From contig OZ336900.1 of the NCBI GenBank assembly GCA_965287045.1, forward strand, positions 13,764,001 through 13,828,000: a stretch of 64,000 nucleotides of DNA, in the 5' to 3' direction. This DNA is from Carcharhinus amblyrhynchos. Taxonomy: Eukaryota. The translations under genes were made by a program, and so were the position numbers. Positions 25,200-39,379 of this stretch are shown in pieces; within the stretch, counting starts at the first letter, position 1; each line of letters opens with the position of its first letter. Under the pieces are notes generated by a model. That model made no database searches, was not told the DNA's origin, and worked only from the letters and a program-made list of their open reading frames with translations.

Positions 25200-27060
25200 G
25201 GAAAAACAACCCAACCATGGCTAACAAAATAAATTAAAGATATTATTAGATCCAAAGAGGAATCATGTAAAGTTGCTAGGAAAATTAGCAAGTCCGAGGA
25301 TTGGAAGCAGTTTAGAATTCAGCAATGAAGGATCAAGATATTCATTAAGACGGGAAAAGTAGTGTAAGCTAGCAAGGAACATTAAAGCAGATTGTAAAAT
25401 TTCCTATAAGTGTACAAAAATAAAAAAACAAATCAGTGAAGACAAAAATGGGTCTCCTACAGTCCAAAACAGGAGAATTTATGTTACAGAACAAACAAGT
25501 GGCAGACCAGTTAAGTAACTATTTTAGTTCTGTCGTCATGGAGAAAAGCACAGATTAGTTCCCTAGCATTTCTGGGAAGTTACAGTTTTGTGAGAAGGAG
25601 GAATTGAGGAAAGAGGCATCACTGAAAAAAAAAAGTGCTGAACAAATTAATAGGACTGAAAACCAATAAATCCCCACGGTCTGATAATTTACATCCTGGG
25701 GTACAAAAGGTGATGGTCATGGAAATAGTGGGTGTGTTGGTTGTGTTCTAAAATTCTGTAGAGTCTGGAACAGCCCTAACAGATTGGAGTGTGACAAATG
25801 TAACCCCACAATTTAAGTAAGGAGGGAGGGAGCAAACACAGAATTATAGACTGGTTAGCTTAACATTAGTCTTGAGGGAAATGTTAGAGTCTATTATAAA
25901 GGATGTGATAACAGGACGCTTCAAAAAAAAAATCAAAAACATTAGACAAAGTCAACATGGATTTATGAAAGGCAAATCATGTTTGACAAGCTTACTGAAG
26001 TTTTTTGAGGACATAACTAGCAGAATAGACATCTAAGAACCAGTGACTGTGATGTAATTGGATTTTCAGAAAGCTTTCGATAAAGCCCCACGCAAGAAGT
26101 TAGTGTGCAAAATTGAAGTGCATGGAATTGAGAGTAGTACATTTGTGTGGATTAAGAATTGGTTGGTAGACAGGAAACAGAGTATGATTAAAATAGTTTT
26201 TTTGGAGTGGCAGGTGGTGATGAGTGGGGTACTGCAATGATCAGTTCTGGGGCCCTAGCTTTTCACAATATTTATCATCAATTTGGATCAAATGTTCCTT
26301 GATGACATGAAACTTGCTGGGAATGTGAGTGGTGAGGAGGTAGTTAATAAGCTTCATGGTGATTTAGACATGTTGGGTAAGTGGATAAATACATGGTAGA
26401 TGCAGTATAATATGGATAAGTGCTAAGTTATTCACATCAGTAAGAAAAACAGAATGACAGAGTATTATGTAAATTATGATAGACTGGGAAATGTTGAAGA
26501 ACAAATGGACCTGGATTCACTGAAAGCAAGCATGCTCATGCAGCAAGCAGTTAGTAATGCAAGTGGTATGCTGGCTTTTATTCAAAGAGGACTTGAGTAC
26601 AGGCACAAGGATGTCTTGCTGTAGCCAGGGCATTACAAATACAGGGCATTTGTAAGACCACACCTTGGATATTGTGTACAGTTTTGGTCTTATCTAAGAA
26701 AGGATATGTTTGCCATAGAGGGGGTGCAGCAAAACTGGATGCAGAGGTAAGGTTTCCTCTGGCTGAGGCTGTCTAGAACATGGGGTCACAGTCTCAGGTT
26801 TCAGGATAGGCCATTTAGGACTCAGACAAAAGAGAAATGTCTTCATTTAGAGGATGGTGGACCTACGGAATTCCCTACCACACAAGGTTGTGGAGGCCAA
26901 GTCACTAAATATATTTAAAGAAATAGATAGATTTCTAGGTGTCAAAGGGTATGGGGAAACATGCTGGAGTATTGTATTGAGATGGAAGATCAACTATGAT
27001 TATATTGAATGGTGGAGCAGACTCAAAGATCCAAATAATCTACTATTATTTCCTGTGTTC
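25200..27060 (+). mobile_element. Long degraded CR1 LINE ORF2 (RT) and 3' end
   Basis: NYRLVSLT, SQHGFMKGKSCLT, DFQKAFDKAP and SGVLQ*SVLGP motifs; many stops and frameshifts. Confidence 0.9.
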
Positions 27061-27384
27061 CACTGATGCCTCTTTCTCCCACCTAAGCTTTCAGTGTCCA
27101 ATAACTTCTGCAAATCTGGAGAAGGAGCACCAAGTCCAGTTGAAATTCTAATTTCAGTCTCAATCATTTTGCCACTGTTGAAATCAGCACAAACAGCAGA
27201 AGGTAGGAAATAAATGATCATTCCAACAATTGTGTAATAAATAAATGTATCATTCCAACAATTGGGAAAAATACTCAACAAAAAATTGAAATGAGAACAT
27301 AAATCCCATAAAAGAAGAATAGTTACTGAAACATGGGGGACAGAAAATGGTACTAAAACATTGCAAAACAGTTAAGTAATAAAG

Positions 27385-27520
27385 GGGCTGGAATTCTCCA
27401 GCCATTCGCACCCTGCTACCACTGCTAGCGTGTATGGAGAATTTGGTGCTCGGCCAAATCTCTATTCACTGCAGTGGGACTGGAGAATCCAAGCAATGGG
27501 CAAGGTCGGAGAATCTGACA
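27385..27520. mobile_element. ~135-bp MITE, same family as 649-782
   Basis: gggctggaattctcc...ggagaatc termini; collinear interior. Confidence 0.65.
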
Positions 27521-28563
27521 CATAAAATGCCAAAAACACACTCCATTCAAGTATGAAGAGAGAAACAGAGTTAATAGCCTGGATTTTTGCCATATCAAGC
27601 CAACTTTAGAGAGCTATGAAATGGTAGGAAGAACATGAATCCTGCATTTCTAATCCATTCTGATTTCTTGCAAGTTTCACTTGGGTAAAGGGTACAGTTA
27701 GAGAGCCCACAGTAGCACTTTTCCACCCTTACCAGCTCCATTGCAGGGGTGGGCAGTTCAAACTGCCACTGTTTTAGTAGCATGGGGCCCTTTCCGTATG
27801 TAGATTTGGTTCATAGCTTCTTGGTTGAGTTGTGAAGAAATGGGGACCGTAGTCTTGAGCATTAACCAAAAAAAAACAAAGTGGCATTCAACATTCACAT
27901 TGAAATATATTGACACCTAAATAAGGGCCAATCACAATCATTCAAACTATCAATGTCAGAAATTTTTATCCACTTCAGATCTTTTAATCTTGTGTAAATA
28001 AATACACAGTGAAAACAACTCTTCAAAGAAAGAGAAGTTTCTGTCACAAGTCAATAGACACGTCAGTCAAACAATGCTTTCTATCTCATCTGCAGTTGCA
28101 TTGATACTGCTTGCTGAGATCAAAGTGCATTAAACGTTCTTGGAACTCAACCAATCATTTATAATGAGGCCATGCATTAAGTCTGCTTTTATTGATATGG
28201 TTACAAATAGCCTTAGGGGAAGATTTGGAACTTGGGTCAAGAGCAAGGCCAGGATGGTTGGTCTGGGATTGGAAAAATTCAGTAGCAGCAATGGGTCAGT
28301 TCCTTTAATATCCTGGAGGAACACTCTTGGCCCTCCCAGCTCCACATTCAGGTAAGTAACTTACCTCCTCTATTGGAGATGATCGGCAAGGCTGGTTTCT
28401 CCAAATATAACTACTGAGGCAAAGCAATTTTTTAAAGAAGATCCCAAACAGACATCAGGCCCTTATTTGTGCACGCAAAGGGTCTACAACCTTATTGTTT
28501 TCTCTTATCTGATGGAACAGAAAGCACAAGTCTAACTTGGAATGTACGCACGCTTGTGCTGAT

Positions 28564-28674
28564 CAGGTTGCTGCTTTTGTAGTCCCAGTCATGCCCAAAA
28601 GACCCATATCTATTACCTGCAGGTTTCTGCTCAGTAGTCCAAGCCATGCCTGAAAGACCCATATCTATTACCTG
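28564..28674. repeat. Two-copy ~55-bp tandem duplication
   Basis: caggtt..ctgct..gtagtcc..gacccatatctattacctg occurs twice. Confidence 0.85.
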
Positions 28675-29779
28675 GATTGTTTATAAATGTCAGAAAGCAG
28701 TTATTGCAAAACAAAAACATAAATAAATGGCTGCTTTCTGAATCATAAAAGTTTGAAAAGTATTTCTCTCCAAAGGGATAAGAGCCATGCAAATGTCAAA
28801 AACTATTGCAACAATTCAACAGAAATATTTCTGGAGATCTGACATTGCAGAACTGGAACCAATAGATAAATGTTCAGTAATACTGCACTATGCAACATGT
28901 GTTATTCATTTACAGTATTGTATCTCATCGAATGGAACTTCAATACTCGGGAACCAACTGAATGGCCTACTCATGTTCCTATGCCTCTAGAAAGATTGGC
29001 AGGATGTTTGGAAGAAACAGAGAGTAAGGTATGAATATTACAAATACTACAAACTATATGGTTTCTAACTTTTGTGTGGGTGAATGTACAGTAAATGTTG
29101 ATAAACTTAGGGAACCTCTGCCCCAATTTCAAAAAGATTATTTCAGCTGCTGCTGCAAAAAAGCACAATGTCATTGCAGAAGAGTTATTTTTGTTATTAC
29201 AAAGAGGTAGCCTGTGCCAACAAGTACAGAAATCTGAACCTGGATTGTCCCAATTCAGGAGGGAAAAAAAATTCTGGACAATTTCCAGATCCCAATCCAT
29301 CCTTGGAGGTGATGGGCAGGGAGGGGGATGATACAATTACTCATTAGGATTTTGACAAAAGCCACCCCCCTCCCGACCCCGCCACTTTATTGGCATGGAG
29401 ATAAGTTTCCTATCCAAAAAGGACAGTTTGTGAGCTCTTGAAGCTGGAAGGCCAATCTGACACCTTGTTGTTTAAGTAAAGCAGCAGCTTGCAGTTGATA
29501 GCAAGTACCCGAGAGGATGTTTCAGCACGGAAGCAGCCACGTTCAGTTTTGTAAAAGTTTCATTTGAAAATGATTCCTGCAGCCAGACTACAACGGCGTA
29601 ATGGGCAGCCCCACTAGATGTTGACGTGTGGCTACTTCTGCAACCTGGCTGGCAGGGAGGACCTCTAAGGCTGCCTGAATTGCCTGCTTACCAGCCTCCC
29701 ACTGAGTACTTGGCTCCAAGCAGTTAAACAACCCCCACCCAGTGCAGGAAACTAGGACCAACTTGAAAATTCCTACCTT

Positions 29780-30966
29780 AATGTCATAATTGTGTCTTTT
29801 TCTGGTGTGATATTTCAATTTCATGGATTGTTTTGGGTTCCTCTGTCTGTCTAGCTGTATTAGCTTTGCATAGCTTTCTGAATTGTCTCAGGTGGTTGTA
29901 GTTGAAACACTGCACTGAGATTGCTGGACATTTCTCAAACCTGTGAGGACTTTTGCTCCACAGTGTCGCCCACACTTTTGTGGTCAGCTTGGGTATTGCC
30001 TTCCTTGGCTTAAGGTCTCTCCTCGTCTGTTGCTTTACTAGCTGGACATTGGGGTGTCCCTATACCTGGCTTGCTTTCACCACATAAATGGATCGGTGCA
30101 GTTAGTGGATTTCAGACTGTCTACTTGGGTAACCTTTTCTAACGTCTGATATTCCTTGACCTGAAAGAGCATTGTCAACCACTCCAACAACAATTCTGTC
30201 CCTTCTGAGTTCTGACGTAAGGTCACCACAGCCACAGCCTTCAACGAATCCATATGATTTGTTTATAAAAGAGTCAATCGATTTCCTGGGCTGTTGAACA
30301 TTTTTGCTGAATTTTGCTGTCTCTAAAATGTTGTTGTTTCATAAATTAAAATAGGTTTCAAATGATTTTAAACTTCATCAGATTTACCTAAGGATTCATT
30401 TATTCATTGCCTTGCATTTATCATTAGCTATCAGACCTACTGAATAAAGTAGTATATTAAGAATCTTTTCCACAAAGTCCACAATTTTGTGTTTGGTGTG
30501 GCCCTTTGATCTGATAATGTTGATTTGTTGTCCTCGGTTGGTTTAAAGTTCAGGAGAGTTCAGCTTTAAATGTTATGCAGGTTTTAAAGATGGAGCCACA
30601 GCCATCGGGTTGGCCGTGATCCTCTCAGAAATGGTCTGCTGTGACCTTTTTACAGCACTAAAACTTTTCAAATAGTCGTGGCTTAGAACTGAATTTTTTG
30701 CTCATCCCTGCCAGATCATTTGACTCTGCATTCTGTGGGCATTCACAATAGACAAGATCTTGGAGTCCTCAGCTGTACATTGGAGTTTTTAATTCTGCTA
30801 TTCTGCTTCCAGTTCTGCAGTGGAACCTCTTTTAGGCCATCTCCCTCTCTGTCTTCACTTCAGGTGCTTTCAGTTAGGTCAGAAATCTGCTCCTTTACTT
30901 TTCCACCATTTGAATTTGTGCTCCCAGCTTCTCTTAAGTTCCGAATTTTTCCATTAGCTTCCACCA
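29780..30966 (-). mobile_element. Gypsy-type retrotransposon gag remnant and 5' leader
   Basis: Minus strand gives NNILETAKFSKNVQQPRKSIDSFI and a decayed zinc knuckle PHRFEKCPAISVQCFNYNHLRQFRKLCK; PBS-like TGGTGG directly after the LTR. Confidence 0.75.
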
Positions 30967-31237
30967 TGTTGTATGGCTGTTCAGGAAGTCTCACAAAGAG
31001 GTTCTGAGTCTTGTTGGTTTGAACATTAAGTGTTTATTGATAACACATAATTATGTATGTATATATAAGGTATAGCCCAAGTCATGAGCTAACTCCATGC
31101 TTGCTTCTACACAGGTCACTGTACCATCTATATCTGACCATAGTCTCAGGTCATATATCTTTTTACGTTACACTGGCTGCTGCACTGCTTCCAAGTCCAA
31201 CATTAACCCTTGCTACACCACATACTCTTATACTACA
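30967..31237 (-). mobile_element. 5' LTR of the Gypsy remnant (271 bp)
   Basis: Inverted termini tgttgtat / atactaca (7/8 match); minus-strand AATAAA near 31033; abuts the PBS-like TGG. Confidence 0.7.
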
Positions 31238-32357
31238 CATTTGTAGTCAAGTAGGAGCACAGATTATACAAGGGTATGAAGAAAAATCATGTGTGTTAAG
31301 GTTATAGCCAAAAGTAAACAATATCAATAGAGAAATATTAGGAAGAAAATAACAAGTAATATGCAAACTACGACTAGAGTCATTATGACACAGAAAGAGG
31401 CCATTCAGCCCAATAAATCAATGAAGGCTGACTGTCAAACAATTTCCATCAGTCCCATTTGTTGAAATGTGTACTTTTTTATACTTTGTACTATGAATAT
31501 TTTTATATGTATTTTCACAGAATTGTTACAGTGCAGAAGGAGGCCATTTAGCCCTCATGTTTGCACCAGCTCACCAAATGAGCATCATGACTTTGTCATT
31601 CCCTGCCATTTCCTCGTACCCTTGCATATTTTATATTAGCTCCTGGTCTAGGAAGGGTTCATTCTAAATGTGTGCTTAGGAGATATGACTTGTTTGCCTC
31701 GAGTCAAATCAAAGTTACAGTGTAGCAGGAATTGATGGTGTAATGTGAATAGCAAAAGGCAAGAAAGACAGATGTCCAAACCTATGTTACCAGTTTTGAC
31801 TAAAGGATATGCTTTGAAATGTCTGGATCAGAGCTATAAGTAAATGGCTATAAGCATTATTAAGTTTGGCAAGTGGTAAAACAAAAAATAGTTAACAGTG
31901 GATTCTTTAGTTATTGAGGATTTCCTGTTCAGGTTATGACCATGGGACATTTATCTGGGACCAGTGAAATAACAAGATGAAAGCACAATGGCAACATCAG
32001 CACACAGCATGACCCCTGGCTGCAGAGGATAAAAGAACTCACTTGAAGAGATTCAGCACACAGATTTCAAAGGAAGACATAGGGAGAGAAGAAAGAAGAG
32101 GCATTTTAAGTCTTTTAAGTCCCTATAATGGTGGGAGGCAAAAACCATTTAAACTGTCTTAGTTTGTTCAGTGTACATTTTGTTGCTTATCAAATTTGTC
32201 CTGTTATCACTTCATTAAGTGTTGCTTCATCCAAAATGTATTGCCTGATCTTGAAACTCTTACACATACCCTTGCTCTATCTCCATGGCCCTATAAATGT
32301 ATTTCCCTCAAGTTCCTATCCAGTTTTCTTAAGAAATTGTTGATTATTTTTGCTTCA

Positions 32358-32678
32358 AAGATCAAATCCTACAGTGCTAAAGGATACCATTCAGCCCATC
32401 GAGTCTGCACTGACCACAATCCCACCCAGAGCCTATCCCCATTACCTCATACATTTACCCTAGCTAGTCCCCCTGACATTAGGGTCAATTTAGCATGGCC
32501 AATCCACCTGACCCAAACATCTTTGGACTGTGGGAGGAAATCAGAGCATCCGGAGGAAACCCACTCAGACACGGGGAGAACATACAAACTCCACAAAGAC
32601 AGTGACCCAAGCTAGGAATCGAACCTGGGTCCTTGGTGCTTTGAAGCAGCAGTGTTAACCATTGTGCCACCATGCCGC
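32358..32678 (-). mobile_element. HE1 SINE (type A)
   Basis: Reverse complement of head, core and CR1-type tail. Confidence 0.85.
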
Positions 32679-33339
32679 TTCCACCACACTTGCTAGCATA
32701 AAGTGCCTGGTGATTACCACTTGCTGCACAAAAAATGTCTTCCTCACAATTCCCTGTATCTTTTGTGCAAAATCTTAAATCTGTGTCTCCTAGTCCTTGT
32801 ACCATATAAATATGAACAGCTTTTCTTTGTCTCTTGACCTTTTGAGTCTCCCATGTTATTCTTGTTTTCATAGGTATTCCTGATTTTAATCACTCCACCA
32901 TTGGTGACTATGCCTAGAGTTCCAATCTCTGAAATACCCTTCCCTACTCTTCTCCACCTCTCCATTTCACCCTCCTCCTTTAAAATACTTCTTAAAACTT
33001 ACCTTTTGACCGAGCTGTTGGTGATCTGAACTAATATCTCCTTATGTGGCTCAGTGCCATTATTTTCTTTTATAATCCTCCTATGAAGTGCCTTGGGATG
33101 TTTCAATACATTAAGGGTGCTCAATAAATATAAGGGGAGTTGAGGGTAAATGGTGTGACAGTGAGTGTGGGGAGGGTGACGATCGGGGGACCCACATTCC
33201 TCTCCAAAACTGGGTCAGTGTCTCAGTGAATACTGAGGCGAACCTCAGTATCACCTCACCTCAGTCTCTGTCTCCAGTTTGGACCTATTGCAGAAGGCAG
33301 CGGCACCAACTCCAATCTGCCTCTACCATCCACATGAAG

Positions 33340-34500
33340 CTAGGCTGAGGGGATATCCAATGTCCAAGTCATCTATATATGAATCAAAAAAATCAATAGT
33401 CCTAACACTGAGCCTTGGGGAACATTACTGACTACTATCCTCCAGTCTGAAAAACAACAATTCAGCACAAGTCACTGTTTCTTGTCCCTAAGCCATTTTT
33501 TTCCAAGCTGACACTGACCCTCCTATTTCATGTTAACCAGCCTTTATGCAGCACTCAAACACTTTCTTAAAATCTACATAGACAATACCCATTGCATCAA
33601 CATCAGCATTCTCTATTACATGAGGCAAAAATTCAATAGCCTAATATGATCCTTAAGAAATCCATATGGCTTTCCTTAAACTCAAAACTCACTAAGTGCC
33701 TGTCGTTTTCTCTCTCATTCTTCATTCTTTCATGGGATGTAAGTATGCTGGCAAGACCAGCATTTGTTGCTCATCAAATTGCCACTGAGCTGAATGGCTT
33801 GCTAGGCCATTTCCAAGAGCAGTTAAGAATCAACCACATTGTTGTGAGTCTGGAGTCACTTATAGGCAGATTGAGTAGGGATGGCAGATTTCCTAAAGGA
33901 CATTAATGAGCCAGAATTTTTTTTGCAATAATTAATGATAGTTTCATGGTCATACTTCCTGAAACTAACCTTATATTCCAGATTAATTAATCAAATTCAA
34001 ATCTTACCAGCAACCATGGTGGGATTTGAATCCAAACCTTGCTTTCTAGAACAGTGATGTTACCATCACTATGTCAACATCTATGCTGCTTGTTTCTTGC
34101 TCCCCTTATTGTTTCTAAAATCTTAACCACCTCTGATGTTAAACTGATTAACTTGTAGTTGCTAGGAATATACTTACACTCTTCCTTGAACAAGGCTGTC
34201 ATGTTTATTACTTTCTAATCCTCTAGCACCTCCCCTATATCTCAGGAAGATTGAAAAATCATGGTAAGCCCTTGTGTGATCTCTGCTGCCAGTTCCAATA
34301 GCAACCTGGGATACAGGCAATCTGAACCAGGCAACATCCATTCGAAATATAACCAGTCTCTACGGTGTATCTTGCCTATCAATTTCCATCCCTTCCATTA
34401 CGCTAGCATTTCCACTCCTACTGATGTTTTATCAACATCCTATTCCTTTGTGACATCAAGTCAATTCATTAAATATCTTTGCCTTGCCATTTTGTATCAT
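33340..34500 (-). mobile_element. Highly degraded CR1 RT fragments, interrupted by another repeat (~33715-34080)
   Basis: Reverse complement of GVPQGSVLGP-like (gtcctaacactgagccttggggaac) and DFxKxFD-like segments. Confidence 0.5.
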
Positions 34501-37500
34501 GAAAAATTAATAATCCCTGTGTGTCAACCCTTAGGGCTTACTTTGCATCTCAGGGATGGGAACCCAATACCTAGAATATTTCCAGATCTCAACACTACCC
34601 CAGATAAAGCAATGCAATTTTCAAAGTGTCAGCCACTAATTTGCACAGATCCAAAATCAGCATCCAGTTAGGAATGTCACATGTGGGCAGGAGACAGGAT
34701 ATTTTAAAAAGTGAACAGCAGACATATACGCGTCTGTAGACTCTTTGGCTGGAATTTTCTGGCCATGTACACCAGTGCGATATTGACATCCTGCTGACAA
34801 TGCACCTCCACCACAGATTTCCCAGTGATAAGGGATACATTCAATGGGGAAGCCCCATGACAACCCGAAGATCCCCCAACAGGTCAGTGGCAGGCTGTGT
34901 CTGTGGTGGTTTGAATATCTTGTCCTATGTGTCATCCTCACCGCTAGCCTTCTCACCTATTTTAGTGTCATCTACAAACTTGTTCAAATCTTGTCAGACT
35001 AATATTTCTAAAGCTGGCTATGAAGAATCATTAAAATGCAAATACTCCTCCAGGGATATCTATTGAATCTTCTAAAAGATATAAAAATCCTTTGGCTTCT
35101 AAGGAAACAGGAGACAGTAAAGGACTTCCTGTAATTAACTTCCTTGCTTGTTTGAAACAGTGACTTATTGAACATTAATATAGCAGCCATTTCTCTGTTT
35201 TTGAATTGTATAAAGGAGACTGCAAGAAGCCATTTTGGGTGGCAGTGTACAGAGAAACCAGAAAACCTTGGGAAGTCAGTCTCAGCTGAACTAACTTTGA
35301 ACAGCATGTGAAAGCTGCATTTCTCTCTGCTGCTGGGAGTTTCAGAGTAAGACATCCAGGAAATCACCCCGGTCTGCTGAGAAACAACCAAGTAATCTTC
35401 AAATGTTAGTAGCTGCAGATTCCAATAAGGAAAGGAGTCTCTAGTCTCTCGCAGCATCTGCTGTACCTGCAGAGTCCACTCGTGAAAGAAAACTCCAAAT
35501 CTTTAACTTTATAAACTACCACAGCTGCTAAACTGAACCTCAAGTTTCAACCTCTTTCATTCAGAAAAAAGAAATCAAACAATGGACCAGCTATAATATC
35601 TCACTGAGATTGATTGGAAATCTCAGATATAAGTTTCTTTTTCTTTATCTGCAATTTACTCTTTTAGTTAATAAGTTTATTACTTTAACTTACAGCAGTG
35701 TTTTAAATTGAATCACGCAGAAATTAAAAAGCTTACTAGCAAATATGTACAAATTCCTAACTCACAGACCACTTCAAGGAAACATGGTCAAAATGCATGC
35801 TTTGGATTAGGTTTAAAGAAGGCCTCATTTAACAGTTCAAATGATCTAGTTGTTTGTTTAAGATTCCTTTGCATTATTGGAACAGAAAATATTCTCAATA
35901 TTCTAATCAATATTTCTCCTTAACTAATAATGGAGTTGCATTTGCCTAAACAACAACTAACACTACACTTCCAAGCTATTGCAGGTGCTGTAACTTATCA
36001 GAAACATCCCAGAGATTGCAATGAGATGAATGGCCAGTTAATCTGTGTTCAGATGCTTTTAGCTGTGGCACTAATGTTGGCTAATCTCCAAATCCATCTG
36101 AACAGCTGCAAGACCTTAGTTGAATATGTCATCCAGAAAGTATCACCTGCATCATTGGAGGATCAAACTAATTTATTTGCTTCCCTCTGATATGAGATTC
36201 AAGCCCAGAACATTCCTGCTCAGATGCAAGAAGATAGGTGATCATCCTCAACTTGGTTGGATAATGGATGCATACAGTTATTATGCAGTGATTCAGAGAC
36301 CACTTGAATGTCCAGTCACCTTTTCTCAAATCAGTTGGCTAAATGGGACAATGACCTACACAAGCAGAGTACATCAAACAATGCAGGTACAGTAAGTTAG
36401 CCTCCATTCTTGTCCATCAAGTGACAACAAATGGAGAGAATTAATTTGAAGTAGCACTTATTAGACAACTGGTTGAGTACTGCACCTGATTGTTTTGGCC
36501 ATCTATGATCAGCAAAGCTTGTATCAAATACGTCCAAAATTCTAGTATGTATCAAGCAGGTAAAGCTGTACACCACAAGTATAATGTTGAATAATTATCC
36601 TTAGAATTCAGCCCCAAATGTATTTTTCCATTGACCTTCCAATTCAAGAGCCTATTTCTGTTGTATGTGAACTGTTTAGCAAGGATTCATATTACTTTAG
36701 GCTGATTGGCATTCTATCAACACTGCCTAAGAATTCCTATGGTCATTAAATGTAGTGACACCATAAAAGGGTTTGTGAAGCTTTCCTCTGGTATTTGCAG
36801 CACCACATACTGCAATCAAAGGAATTCACACACCATGATGTACATCAATTCATCTGGAATCAAGAACCATGTTTCACCTCCTCTCACACCTCCCAAAATG
36901 AGGGTCTGGCATATACATTCACATTGTGTTAGCTTCAATATAACACCTGCAGCTGACACAGTTTGAATGAATATATAATTTATGAAGTATTGGAGAACTA
37001 TACAAAAGCACATCTGCGCTTAAGCTAAGCTTTTACAGAAACTCTTGGAATTTCCAGCTAATGTGTCACATCACAGAAAGGCAGATGTGAACATAATACA
37101 GGCCCCATATAACATACATACCACCATACGTTTGCCATTAAATATGTTTTCACAGCTTTTTGCAGTAGAAAAGTGAACTTGTCCACCCAAATATAAAATA
37201 GGGAAGACAGAGTAATAAGAAATAAATTAATGCAAGCCAAATCTAAGCTGATCCAAAATGGCTGATAACAATCTAAACATGTTTATTTCAGATTATTCTA
37301 GACTTCCAATTCAATTTGTACCCAGTCCCCACAGAACTTTGAATCAATATGCTCTTATGTAAGAGATATGTGCAGTGCTTTCCTCCGAGTGCCACTTTTA
37401 ATGGATAGTTTTTTTAGAAATTCTTTGAAACTAATGAATATCGAGGGGAAAAACAGGAATGGTCTTATGTGTGTGATTTTATATAACTTTATTTTGCCAT

Positions 37501-39379
37501 CTGCAAAACCGATTAATATCAGCAAAAAGAAAATGATTCTGAGCCAAGTTCAATTCCATCTCTGTAATGAGTTAGTTGCTCTCAGCTAGCAAAGATTGGA
37601 AGGCACTAAAAGCAACACTGTCTTAAGGTTAAGCAGCAGGAAAGTTAATCCAGGGTTCCTATACCTCGCAACATGCCCCAGATCTCAAAGCCGAGATGCA
37701 GAATTCAATGTGAGAAACCTTGGATCCAAGCCTATGCCCAACTACCACAGGCAACACATTTATATGTACAATGCAGTGTGCCATCTGTGTACTCCATTTA
37801 GAGTTTTTTAAGCTTTGCACAGTATTATCTGTTATGATTAAGTTTGGCACGATTGTGTAAAAAGTTTGACATGCCATTTGATAAATTATCAGGCTAAAAG
37901 CTGCCACAGAAATCAATGCATACTTGGCGCTTTATTCAGAAACAGAGTAATTGAAAAACTCTTAAGCATTACGTAATTGCTAACAATCTTAAACAGATTT
38001 ATTGAAAATCAGATACAAGGTTAAATCCTTAAATGGACGGTTATAGAGAACCTCTAAATTTCCTGTCTAGTTTTATAGGATATGTGAAATAATTATGCTG
38101 GACGTGACAGTATATTAGTGGTTATAAACCTGTCCTGTACATATATAACCTAATCATCAGTCTCAGTGGTACATAAATCCATGTAGTAATTTGTCTTCAG
38201 TGATCTGCATCCAAATATAAACCTATGGTAATGATCATGCAACCAACTCACATAAGTGTTTACAAAGTTGCAAAAAAAATTACTTTCTGCACACCCTTTC
38301 AACTGTGAAATGTAAATGTAATCATCCAGAGAAATACATTGGTTTATTTATATTTTATCAGGGATTTACATTTGCAAACATCAAGCAAATTAATCATTAC
38401 TTCATCAGCTCATTCCAATGACATGCTATATTAACCTTTACTAAGTGATATGTTAAATTTGTATGCGTTGCCACTTCAAAGCAATCAGGAAATGTATCCG
38501 CTTGCCTGGATTTGGCCCAGCGAACATGGCCAGCGACTACTTTTTAGCCAGATTGCGATGTTGTCATAACCTTCAAGACAGCTGCAAAATCTGCCCAGCC
38601 AAATCCAGAATCAAACAAGCCATAATAGAGGCAAGAAAAAAAGAAAAAGTGATAGGCTTAGCAAGGCTGGTAAATTATAGATAAATGTTTACTTAACTAG
38701 AAACACAGAAATGTGCCTTGTACCAAACCCATCTCTCGCAGTCCAATCAACATTACCAAAACAAAAGTCAGTCGAATGCCATTCAACTGATCTTTGCTTT
38801 TAAAATGTTTTAGAAAACCTAGAGGAAAAACTTGTCTTTTTTAAATATATCTATGCAACCTTTTAATCTTCTAACATAACTGTGAAACATTGAAGAATTA
38901 TTAACAGAAAATCAGATACTGTAACATGACTATTTTTTGACCTTAAGTTTAACCTACGTGGCGAATAAGAGCTGATGGAAGAAATGATGGTATTTATAAA
39001 GTATTCCATCTGTGAGGTTTTATTTAAAATAGCATCTTCACTCCTTTGCCTGTTAATAAAAATGCTTCAGTCATTTCACTAGGTTTCTCTTCAGACAAAT
39101 GCAAAAGTGAGTAAAAAACTTAGTACTGCTCCTGTTAAATGATTTGTCAAGTGCATTTAGGAGAGATCCATATAGACAACACAATATAAAAATAAATTAT
39201 TTGAAAATAGTTTTTTTTACTTATGATCACAGGACAATTTAAGAGATCCTAAATAAGACAGTTTATTATATTTATACTGGCTAGATGAACAATTAACAGA
39301 ATAGCATTTGAAGATTTTGGATTAAAACTAAGCATCAGAAATGGAGATTCATTATTGTATACCTACAGAAAAGTCTGAA

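Noticed and set aside
27595-27783. Post-SET-like motif KCYCGLSNC in a minus-strand ORF
   Set aside because: No SET-domain motifs upstream and no convincing splice context; likely chance.
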